Shown here one piece after another: positions 35,265 to 43,183 of a DNA stretch of 43,183 nt. The position numbers were made by a program, and so were the translations under genes. Each line of letters begins with the position of its first letter. The stretch's first letter is position 1. The notes beneath the pieces were generated by a model that made no database searches, was not told the DNA's origin, and worked only from the letters and a program-made list of their open reading frames with translations. Source of the DNA: Candidatus Yonathbacteria bacterium (lineage in GTDB: Bacteria > Patescibacteriota > Minisyncoccia > Phycocordibacterales > UBA1550). The DNA is taken from NCBI GenBank assembly GCA_003483855.1, contig DMXP01000008.1, forward strand, positions 17,903-61,085. The letters are read 5' to 3'.

Positions 35265-37390
35265 GGCTCTACAATGAGAAGTTTCTTACCTTCTCTAGGT
35301 AGTATATCCCAAATTTCCTCGGTGATGAATGGTATAAACGGATGCAACATTTTAATATTTGTCGCAAGAATGTTTAAGAGAAGCCACTGCGCTCCATTTT
35401 TTGAAATTTCATCATCACTCGCAACTCTCGATTTCATTTCTTCAATAATCACATCCGCAAATGTATTCCAAAAATAATGATAGAGCTCCTCTCCCGCAAG
35501 ATGGAAGCGGAAGTTTTCGTAGTGCGATGTGATGCTCTCAATTGCCTTATTAAACTCCGCAAGTATTTCTTCATCACGCGGAGTGAGCGCAGGTTTCGGC
35601 GTATCTAAAGTGGTGTCACCAATGTTTGTCAAAACAAAACGTGTTGCGTTCCAAATTTTATTGCAAAAATGTTTGTAGCCTTTTATTTTGTCTTCCGCGA
35701 GCGCGAGGTCGTTGCCCGGCGTGTTGCCGATAACGAGCCCAATACGAAGCGCGTCTGCGCCGTACTTGTCCGTGAGCTCAATAGGGGAGACTACGTTCCC
35801 CTTGCTTTTGGACATTTTTTTGCCGTGCTTGTCGTTCACCATTCCGTGCAGGTACACAGTGCGGAAAGGCACTTCCTTGGTGAGATAGAGCCCAAAAATG
35901 ACCATACGCGGTACCCATTTGAAAATTAGGTCACGGCCGGTCTCCATTACATTCGTTGGATAGAAGCCCAAATCAGCCTTCTCGGGGTATCCTATGGCCA
36001 AAAGTGGCCACTGACCGGATGAAAACCATGTATCAAATGTGTCAGTCTCGGTGGTTAGAGGTTTTCCACAGGTAGGGCACGCGTCGCCATCTTTGTAGTC
36101 GGTGTCCAACGCGCCGGCGTTGCAATGCGCGCAAATGAGCGCTGGGATTTGAATACCCCACACAATCTGGCGCGAGATGTTCCAATCCATCGTGTTATCC
36201 ATCCAGTACAAAAATATTTTTTCAAAATTGTCAGGAATGAATTTTATTTTTCCATCACGCACCGCGTCTCCCGCGAGTTTTGCGAGTGGCGCCATTTTCA
36301 CAAACCACTGTGGCATCACGCGTGGCTCAATGGTTGTACCGCATTTGTAGCAAGTAGGTACTGCGTGAGTATAGTCTTCGATTTTTTCAATGAGTCCGAG
36401 CGCTTGTAAGTCCTCCACAACCTTCGCGCGCGCTTCAAGAATTTTCATACCCGCGTACTTGCCTGTTTTTTCATTGAGCTTTCCAAATTGGTCAATTACC
36501 TCCACACGTGGAAGCTTGTGAGTCTCTGACATCCTGAAGTCGTTGTGGTCGTGCGCGGGAGTAATCTTTAGAGCCCCAGTACCAAACTCTGGGTCAACTT
36601 CTTCGTCGCCAATAACAACGAGGGACAATTTATTTTCCGGATGCTGTACTTCAATAGTTTGTCCAATAAATTTTTTGTATCTCTCATCATTTGGGTTTAC
36701 AGCAACAGCAACATCGCCAAAAATGGTTTCGGGGCGCACAGTGGCAACAGTAAAAGGTCCGTATTTTATGTAGTAAAGTTTGTCGCCCTTTTCCACATTT
36801 TCAGTTTCAACGTCCGAGAGGGAAGTCTGGTGCTTTGTACACCAGTTTACAGTGCGGTATCCGCGATATACGAGTCCGTCGCGATAGAGTTTGCGAAATG
36901 TCTCCTGCACTTCTGCGACGACACTCGGGTCAAGCGTAAATTTTTCGCGCGACCAGTCGCACGATGCACCGAGAGCCTTCACATCTGCCTCCATGTGTTT
37001 TTTGCTTTCAAGCGTAAACGCCATTATCTCATCATAGAGTTCTATGCGATCCATTTTGAAACGAGAGCGTCCTTCTTTCTCAAGTTTCTTTTCGTACACT
37101 ACTTGTGTCTCAAACCCCGCATGGTCAGCACCCGGCACCCAGAGCGCCTTTTTGCCATTCATACGCTGGTAGCGCGTCATGATGTCCTCAAGTGTGATAG
37201 TAAGCCCGTGCCCAGCATGCAAACGACCATTTGCGTTTGGTGGAGGCATAATGATGGTGAAAGGCTCCTTGTGCCTTTCCGGCAAATTGTCTGGATTAAA
37301 GAACCCGCTCTCTTCCCAGAGCTTGTAGATGCGTGGCTCCGTCAAGGCCGGTTCATAAGGTTTGGTTAGTTTTTCTGGAAGTTCAGTCAT
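35246..37390 (-). CDS. valS: Valine-tRNA ligase (no C-terminal coiled coil)
   Basis: PPPNANGRLHAGH, DWNISRQIVWG, DTWFSS, KMSKSKGN. Confidence 0.97.
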   Translation of the reverse strand: MTELPEKLTKPYEPALTEPRIYKLWEESGFFNPDNLPERHKEPFTIIMPPPNANGRLHAGHGLTITLEDIMTRYQRMNGKKALWVPGADHAGFETQVVYEKKLEKEGRSRFKMDRIELYDEIMAFTLESKKHMEADVKALGASCDWSREKFTLDPSVVAEVQETFRKLYRDGLVYRGYRTVNWCTKHQTSLSDVETENVEKGDKLYYIKYGPFTVATVRPETIFGDVAVAVNPNDERYKKFIGQTIEVQHPENKLSLVVIGDEEVDPEFGTGALKITPAHDHNDFRMSETHKLPRVEVIDQFGKLNEKTGKYAGMKILEARAKVVEDLQALGLIEKIEDYTHAVPTCYKCGTTIEPRVMPQWFVKMAPLAKLAGDAVRDGKIKFIPDNFEKIFLYWMDNTMDWNISRQIVWGIQIPALICAHCNAGALDTDYKDGDACPTCGKPLTTETDTFDTWFSSGQWPLLAIGYPEKADLGFYPTNVMETGRDLIFKWVPRMVIFGLYLTKEVPFRTVYLHGMVNDKHGKKMSKSKGNVVSPIELTDKYGADALRIGLVIGNTPGNDLALAEDKIKGYKHFCNKIWNATRFVLTNIGDTTLDTPKPALTPRDEEILAEFNKAIESITSHYENFRFHLAGEELYHYFWNTFADVIIEEMKSRVASDDEISKNGAQWLLLNILATNIKMLHPFIPFITEEIWDILPREGKKLLIVEPWPKPF

Positions 37391-37485
37391 AATAGACTGA
37401 TTTTATCACAGATTTTAGAGCTAACCAAACTAAACGCACCACTTCAAAGTCTTTCTTTTTTTTTGTGGCAGGGTATACTTCCCTT

Positions 37486-37740
37486 ATGTCCAACGAAGTT
37501 CAATTTGATATCGACCAAGTACAACACACAACTTTTAAGCCAAAAGAATCAGTACTCGTTCGTCTGATAATTAAATATTCTGGCGGTTTTGTTAAAGATG
37601 AGAAACAAGCAAATTATGTTTTGATTGGGTTTGTGGTTGTGGCGATTATTGTTTCATCGATTTTATTTTTTGATGGAGGTGATAAAACACAATTTCCTAA
37701 TCCATTGACTGATTATAAATATCATCCTCCTCATCCATGA
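37486..37740 (+). CDS. Hypothetical single-TM protein
   Basis: IKYSGGFVKDEKQANYVLIG plus TM helix; ATGA overlap with the pilin gene. Confidence 0.8.
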   Translation: MSNEVQFDIDQVQHTTFKPKESVLVRLIIKYSGGFVKDEKQANYVLIGFVVVAIIVSSILFFDGGDKTQFPNPLTDYKYHPPHP

Positions 37741-38225
37741 CCTCCTTAGTAATAAAAATTTTTAAACCTGTAAAAAAAGGTAATAAAGGGTTTACTCTCA
37801 TTGAGCTTCTCGTCGTTATTGCAATTATCAGCTTGCTTTCAAGTGTTACATTGGCGAGCTTAAACAATGCAAGAGCTAAAGCAAGAGACGCAAGAAGACA
37901 AGGAGACGCATACCAGTTGCGCACAGCACTTAGCGCATATTTTAATGATTATGGATATTTTCCGTTATGTGGTCCATACGAAGGAATTGCTCCAAATGGT
38001 GGATTTACAACACGCTCAATTGATATAAATTGGGACAGTTGTTTAGGCGCAAAACTTAAACCATATATTCCTGAGGTGCCAAGGGATCCTAGTGGTTCAT
38101 CGTATTATTACTACTATTGTCCATCAACATCGGCTGTTTCTCTAACCTGTGGTGAAAATGGTGTTTACTTAAATATTTATTTTGAAACGAAAATACCTAA
38201 TTTCCTTGCATTATATATTAAATAA
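37737..38225 (+). CDS. Type IV pilin/pseudopilin
   Basis: Prepilin cleavage/methylation motif KG|FTLIELLVVIAIISLLSSV, ARDARR, P.DP, Cys pairs. Confidence 0.93.
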   Translation: MTSLVIKIFKPVKKGNKGFTLIELLVVIAIISLLSSVTLASLNNARAKARDARRQGDAYQLRTALSAYFNDYGYFPLCGPYEGIAPNGGFTTRSIDINWDSCLGAKLKPYIPEVPRDPSGSSYYYYYCPSTSAVSLTCGENGVYLNIYFETKIPNFLALYIK

Positions 38226-38333
38226 ATTTTGAAATTATCCATTTAAGATTGGCTAGTTAAGTAAAATAAACTTCTCACAAAAATGTTTGATACGGGCTTT
38301 GATGTCCAGATTAGTTGGCTTATGAGAAATTGG

Positions 38334-39626
38334 TTACTCTTTATTCCTCCTTAGTTCTGCGAGAGTTGGGCTTACTGATTTTGCGAGCTTGAGGGTGCCG
38401 TTGGCAATGATATGTTTTTTAGGTTTTGAGCGAAGGAGGCCAGCGACACCAATCATGAGGCCGTTGTCACCAGAGAGGAGAACGTTGGGAATAAAAAGTT
38501 TAGTATCTGGCATTTCCTGGGCAACTTTTTCCGCGAATACTTTGCGGATTTTTTTGTTGGCGGTGACACCTCCACCTAAAATAATTTCTTTAACATTATA
38601 TTTTTTGCCAGCAGTTATTGTTTTTGTGACGAGAACTTCGGTCACAGAGTCTTCAAAATCTTTTGCGATGAGCTCCTTGTCGCGGTCAGTGAGCGTTTCA
38701 AATTTTTTGATTGCATAAAGTACGGAAGTTTTTAATCCTGAAAATGAGAAATCAAAGTCGCCAGACTTGAGCATAGGGCGTGGGAGCGGGGTGGAAAGTT
38801 TTCGAATCAGTAAATTCGCGTCTTTGACGTAAACTGCACTTTCCGCCTTCTCCGCAAGTTTGGAAATCTCTGGACCGCCTGGATATGCAAGCCCGAGCAT
38901 ACGCGCGACTTTATCAAATGCTTCACCGACTGCATCGTCGCGTGTTTGGCCAAGCATTTTGTACTTGCCTTTGCTCGGCATCAAAACGAGCTCCGTGTGT
39001 CCACCAGAAATGAGTAGCGCAAGCGCAGGAAATTGAGTAGACCGCAGGTCGTATACCGCTGACTTTACAGACTTTCGACTTCGAATCAGCTGATTCGTGG
39101 CTCGGCCATGAACACGTTGGACTAGCAACGCAGTTGCGATGTGGCCTTCCATATGGTTCACTGGAATTACAGGCACATTCCAGAGCGCGCCAAGCGCTTC
39201 TGCGGTGTTGATACCCACCCAAAGAGCAGGCTCAAGGCCAGGACCGGAAGTTACCGCGATTGCATCAATTGCAGGAACCTTAAGTGTAAGAAGCGTGTCT
39301 TTGAAGACTTCAAAAAGCTCTGGTTCTTTGTAGAAAATTTTTGTTAGTACAGAGTTTTCTTTTTTTGTGAGCACTCGCGAGCGCTTTAATTTTTTTGAGA
39401 GCTTGGCTTCTTTGAGTGCGTGCAGAATAAGGGGCACAATATTTTTCGCGTGCTCGCGACGCGCGATGGCAGGAAATACTCCGCCAAACTGCGCGTGGAG
39501 TTCGGCTTGTGAGATAAGTAGATTCGCGAGGACTTTGATGCTTTTTGTGGTGCCAGAGGCAAGACGCGCCTCCACGATGGCAACACCGGTCTCGTCGCAA
39601 CTGGTCTCAATAGCTAGAATTCTCAT
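38334..39626 (-). CDS. tsaD: tRNA threonylcarbamoyltransferase TsaD, with several insertions
   Basis: ILAIETSCDET, NHMEGH, ISGGHT, DDAVGEAFDKVAR, FSFSGLKT, DNGLMI. Confidence 0.97.
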   Translation of the reverse strand: MRILAIETSCDETGVAIVEARLASGTTKSIKVLANLLISQAELHAQFGGVFPAIARREHAKNIVPLILHALKEAKLSKKLKRSRVLTKKENSVLTKIFYKEPELFEVFKDTLLTLKVPAIDAIAVTSGPGLEPALWVGINTAEALGALWNVPVIPVNHMEGHIATALLVQRVHGRATNQLIRSRKSVKSAVYDLRSTQFPALALLISGGHTELVLMPSKGKYKMLGQTRDDAVGEAFDKVARMLGLAYPGGPEISKLAEKAESAVYVKDANLLIRKLSTPLPRPMLKSGDFDFSFSGLKTSVLYAIKKFETLTDRDKELIAKDFEDSVTEVLVTKTITAGKKYNVKEIILGGGVTANKKIRKVFAEKVAQEMPDTKLFIPNVLLSGDNGLMIGVAGLLRSKPKKHIIANGTLKLAKSVSPTLAELRRNKE

Positions 39627-39739
39627 ATTTTATTGAGCATACCACGCCATACACAAAACCAAAACTACTATACACGTATACTATACTATCGGACAAATGC
39701 GTGTATAGTAGTTTTAGTTGTCTGTCGCGATGTCTTCCG

Positions 39740-40003
39740 CTACCTTAGGCTGTTTAGCGTTTTGTTCGTCTCCAACGCTTTTGTGTTCAACTGGTTTGAG
39801 ACTGCTTTTGCTGCGTCAATATCGGAACGGAGGCGGTCGTATTGTGTCGTTGGCGTTACTCCTTGCGCGTTATTTGGCTGAAATTCTATCGTGGTTGGGC
39901 TTGATGTAAAATACATTTTCATAAACAAAAAAACCATACCAGCCGTTCCGAGTAGGATTAAAAGAATTCCTATGTAACCAGATTGTTTAGGCACGGCTTT
40001 CAT
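39740..40003 (-). CDS. Hypothetical protein with a pilin-like N-terminal TM
   Basis: KQSGYIGILLILLG; ATGA overlap with the upstream ORF. Confidence 0.75.
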   Translation of the reverse strand: MKAVPKQSGYIGILLILLGTAGMVFLFMKMYFTSSPTTIEFQPNNAQGVTPTTQYDRLRSDIDAAKAVSNQLNTKALETNKTLNSLR

Positions 40004-40158
40004 TTGAATGGATTTTCTCCTTTGATGACGCGAATAAGAACCATAATGACTGCGACGATAATAAGCAGGTGGATGAGAAATCCCGCAATGTGAAATACAA
40101 AAAATCCTAAAATCCAGAGGATGAAAAGCAATAAAATAATTTCTGCAAAGTGTGGCAT
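40000..40158 (-). CDS. lmo0937/DUF5670-like small membrane protein, 52 aa (not in ORF track)
   Basis: MPHFAEIILLLFILWILGFFVFHIAGFLIHLLIIVAVIMVLIRVIKGENPFK*, translated by hand. Confidence 0.85.
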   Translation of the reverse strand: MPHFAEIILLLFILWILGFFVFHIAGFLIHLLIIVAVIMVLIRVIKGENPFK

Positions 40159-40169
40159 AAGATTATGAA

Positions 40170-40589
40170 TTACTGTTGCTTTGAGCTCTCTTTATCATCA
40201 TAATAACGCAAAGTCTTTGTGCTGTAGTACAACGTGACGAGGTAAATAACGGCAATCAACTGTCGGAAGAAAAATATAGGATCTGAAAAAGTTCCGTATT
40301 TAACAAATGCGTTGATTGCAAAATATTCAAAAATTAGAAACATTATTGCCGAAACAAACATATCTGTAAACATTATCCCGCGTTTTTGCGGGCTTGTGAG
40401 CCCAGCAAGGATAGTCAAACCAACGACACCAAATAGACCTACAACAAGATAAAAATTCCTGAGCTCTCTATCAATGAGCGCCGCGAGCAATATTACAAAC
40501 GCAGCAAAAAAGAGTTGCTTCCTGACAAGAGTGCCGTAGTAGTGCGGATGAGAGGTTTTAGCCGACTGTGTTTCGTTACTTTTTTCCAT
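40170..40589 (-). CDS. Hypothetical four-TM membrane protein
   Basis: ATG at 40589 after TATAAT; HYYGTLVRKQLF, four hydrophobic segments, LYYSTKTLR. Confidence 0.85.
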   Translation of the reverse strand: MEKSNETQSAKTSHPHYYGTLVRKQLFFAAFVILLAALIDRELRNFYLVVGLFGVVGLTILAGLTSPQKRGIMFTDMFVSAIMFLIFEYFAINAFVKYGTFSDPIFFFRQLIAVIYLVTLYYSTKTLRYYDDKESSKQQ

Positions 40590-40606
40590 AGATGTATTAT
40601 ACAGCA

Positions 40607-40645
40607 AAAACAAACCGAGCACCAGAATGGTGCTTGGTTTGTTTT
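40607..40645 (-). terminator. Terminator after the NO reductase gene
   Basis: aaaacaaaccgagcacca/tggtgcttggtttgtttt. Confidence 0.8.
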
Positions 40646-40662
40646 CGCAGATTCCTACGCGA

Positions 40663-42960
40663 CTAGTTTGTTGAGATACCTCCTTGCTCCTGTTCTGGAG
40701 CCTTAAAAACTGGCTTAAGTTTTTTGATAAAGTCCCAAACCATAATAATACCCGCGACACCAAATAGCACATCGCCAGGGATTCTCATCCACTGCCAAAG
40801 AACCGTGGTGTTATAAAACTCTATACTGCGAGCAAACGCATATCCGTGCTCGTACACCGCAGCAAGCTGAGGGAAGCCGATAGGGAGGAAGTGCAGAACC
40901 ATCCATGAAAGGAGCCCGATGTTGTACATCCAGAATGCCCAGTACCCAGTTTTTTCCGTAAAAGGAGTGTGGTTGCCTGCCGCGTAACGCAGACAGTAGT
41001 AGATGAGTCCAAGAGCAAGCAAGCCAAACGCTCCAAATAGTGCCAAGTGAGCGTGGTTGAGTGTTAGGAATGTGCCGTGCTCGTAGTAGTTTACTAGCGG
41101 AGCATTGATAAGACCGCCACCAAATACTCCCGCTCCTACGAAGTTCCAGAAGGCAGCGCCGATAATATATAAGTACGCGAGGTTGTACTTGAATGTTCCG
41201 CCAGTCCCTTGAATGAGGCGATATTGCTGGATGGACTCAATAATAAGGAGTAGAAGTGGGATAACCTCAATAAATGAGAACATGCTTCCAATTGGAATCC
41301 ACATACTGCCCGCGCCTACCCAGTATAGGTGGTGACCTGTGCCGAGAACTCCTCCCAAGAAAATAAGTATGAGCTCGAAGTATACAGCGCGCTCAGCAAG
41401 TGTTCGCGACACCAAACCTGTTTCCATAAGGAGGTACGCGCTCACTGCCACTGTAAAGAACTCAAACGATTGTTCTACCCATAAGTGTACAACCCACCAT
41501 CTCCAGAAGTCTGCAATAGAGAATGAGCTTGCGATTCCTGTAAGTGGAACCATTCCTGCTGCGTATAGCAACGCGATGTTTAGTGTTGCTGCCCACAAAA
41601 GGTGCTCTAGGTAAATATTGCCAGTAATGAACTCGCGAGCCGCCTTAAAGAACTGCCCCTTTTCAGGCCATAATGCGCGGAATACAAGAACGCTCCATGT
41701 TAGGAGACCAACAAAGAAGCCAATCTGCCAGAAGCGACCAAGCTCAATGTACGACAATCCTTGGTTTCCAAACCAGAACCAGTTCTTATCAATTACGTTG
41801 ATGTTACCCAAGTAGTTTCCAATAAGTCCGCCAGCAACAACAAAGAGTGTAACCCAGAACAAAAGATCAACTAGGAATCCTTGCCCCTTTGCCTCGCTCT
41901 TACTGATTGCTGGAGCAAGGAAGAGTGCAGCGCCGATCCACGACAAACCAATCCAAACGATAGGAGTCTGAATGTGCATTGCTCTAAGGAAATTGAATGG
42001 AAGATATTCTCCTATATCAAATCCGTAAAAACTTGTTCGCTCTGAATAATAGTGCGCCATGAGTACACCGACTGCGAGCTGAGTGAGGAATACTGCGCCG
42101 ACAACGATGAAGTATTTTCCAACCTTGCGCTGGCTAGGCGTGAGTGGGCGAAAATCAATTAATTTATGTTCTCTAGGCGAAGTATCACGGTGATTTAGAA
42201 AGCGTTCATAAATATAAATCACAGCTCCAAAGAGTAGGAATGTGAAAGCGTAACTAATCCATGTCCAGTTGAACGCGCTCGTTGTTGGCGCGTTTCCAAC
42301 CAAAGGCTCAAACGGCCAATTCTGTGTCCATGACGCGGATCCGTCGGGGCGCAAGGCAACTGTTGTAATAGATGAATAGATTAGGAAGTTTGCGGTAATG
42401 GCGGCAGTTTCATTGTTAAGAGCCTTCGCGCCATACCAACCTATTTCAGGATTTTCTGTTAGAAGGAATGTAACGATATCCTGGCGAACCGATTTTACAG
42501 CATCGGCGAGCGGAGTCGGGAGTATTACTTCGTTCTTTGTGAGATCAACGCCCTTAAGCATCCTTCTCATTTCTCGTTTTATTGATTCTTGGTTGTCCTC
42601 AGACAATGCGGAAAATGGCTGTCCATAACGCGACATTGCGATATTCTCGTCGGTCCTTAGGCCAAGTTGTTTCAAGTACTCTGCTGTATAGTCAATACCA
42701 AAGTACGAACCCATGCCGTAGAGACTGCCGTAGTCCATTAAGCCGGCCTTTTGGAAACCGCCCTTGCCGGCAACGATGTCCTCGCCAGTTATGAGCAACT
42801 CTCCGGATTCTGCAATAAACTTGTCAGGCTGAGGAGGTACAGTGCTATATGTAACTTTTGCAGCCCACCCTAGAATACAGAATGAGACTACAGCGACACC
42901 GAATAAAACCCATTTTAAAATACTGCTAACCTTATCTTTCTCGTAATTTTGACTATCCAT
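40663..42960 (-). CDS. norB: Quinol-dependent nitric oxide reductase (qNOR, single subunit)
   Basis: GSLYGMGSYFGIDYTAEYL, SWTQNWP, RAMHIQ, WRWWVVHLWVE, GTGHHLYW, HAHLALFG, RIPGD; 765 aa, no CxxCH. Confidence 0.93.
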   Translation of the reverse strand: MDSQNYEKDKVSSILKWVLFGVAVVSFCILGWAAKVTYSTVPPQPDKFIAESGELLITGEDIVAGKGGFQKAGLMDYGSLYGMGSYFGIDYTAEYLKQLGLRTDENIAMSRYGQPFSALSEDNQESIKREMRRMLKGVDLTKNEVILPTPLADAVKSVRQDIVTFLLTENPEIGWYGAKALNNETAAITANFLIYSSITTVALRPDGSASWTQNWPFEPLVGNAPTTSAFNWTWISYAFTFLLFGAVIYIYERFLNHRDTSPREHKLIDFRPLTPSQRKVGKYFIVVGAVFLTQLAVGVLMAHYYSERTSFYGFDIGEYLPFNFLRAMHIQTPIVWIGLSWIGAALFLAPAISKSEAKGQGFLVDLLFWVTLFVVAGGLIGNYLGNINVIDKNWFWFGNQGLSYIELGRFWQIGFFVGLLTWSVLVFRALWPEKGQFFKAAREFITGNIYLEHLLWAATLNIALLYAAGMVPLTGIASSFSIADFWRWWVVHLWVEQSFEFFTVAVSAYLLMETGLVSRTLAERAVYFELILIFLGGVLGTGHHLYWVGAGSMWIPIGSMFSFIEVIPLLLLIIESIQQYRLIQGTGGTFKYNLAYLYIIGAAFWNFVGAGVFGGGLINAPLVNYYEHGTFLTLNHAHLALFGAFGLLALGLIYYCLRYAAGNHTPFTEKTGYWAFWMYNIGLLSWMVLHFLPIGFPQLAAVYEHGYAFARSIEFYNTTVLWQWMRIPGDVLFGVAGIIMVWDFIKKLKPVFKAPEQEQGGISTN

Positions 42961-43151
42961 TTTTGTAAATTATATTTCGCGAATAATTAATAAAACCTCA
43001 CGTTCAACTTCCCGCACTGTTCACAATACTTTCATATTTTTTTGTAAAATATTGCGAACAGCGCGGACAGCCGGAAAAATCCTTCATATAAGTATAGTTG
43101 AAGCAAAAATATATAACAACCTTAACTCGTGGATAATTCTAAATACAAAAC

Positions 43152-43183
43152 AAAAACCCGCCACTTGCAAGTGGCGGGTTTTT
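43152..43183. terminator. Perfect palindromic terminator-like hairpin at the window end
   Basis: aaaaacccgccacttg|caagtggcgggttttt. Confidence 0.75.

Noticed and set aside
40663-42960. NO dismutase or cytochrome c oxidase subunit I
   Set aside because: It keeps the HLWVE glutamate, all three non-heme-iron His residues and the quinol-site His/Asp, and lacks the HPEVY cross-link Tyr. This fits qNOR.

Overview
Chromosomal segment of a small-genome bacterium, probably Patescibacteria/CPR (Parcubacteria-like). This is inferred from the trimmed PheS, PheT, ThrS, ValS, RF1 and EF-Ts, the type IV pilin and the rarity of Shine-Dalgarno sites; TGA is used as a stop (code 11). The backbone carries rpmE-prfA, rpsB-tsf, pheST, gyrB, thrS, dnaE, rnhB, valS, tsaD, four tRNAs (Ser-GGA, Thr-TGT, Arg-CCT, Phe-GAA) and a quinol-type nitric oxide reductase. 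A ~11.8 kb island just 3' of tRNA-Arg encodes a large serine recombinase, an HTH/terminase-small-like protein, a ParB-methyltransferase, a VRR-NUC nuclease, RadC, a Sau3AI-like RM pair and a RecD-like helicase. Four observations stand out. (1) PheT carries a complete NlpC/P60 cysteine-peptidase domain (Cys367/His449/His461) inserted in-frame in its B5 domain and is followed by a C39-like peptidase gene. (2) A shared non-coding element follows tRNA-Ser and tRNA-Phe, with a probable island-split relative at tRNA-Arg; the Ser and Phe copies each contain an antisense and a direct copy of their own host tRNA 3' end. (3) The same three tRNAs also have copies of their 5' ends upstream. (4) Short palindromic repeats are inserted in-frame in dnaE, tsaD and the C39 gene. 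All calls come from motif recognition by eye; no searches were run.
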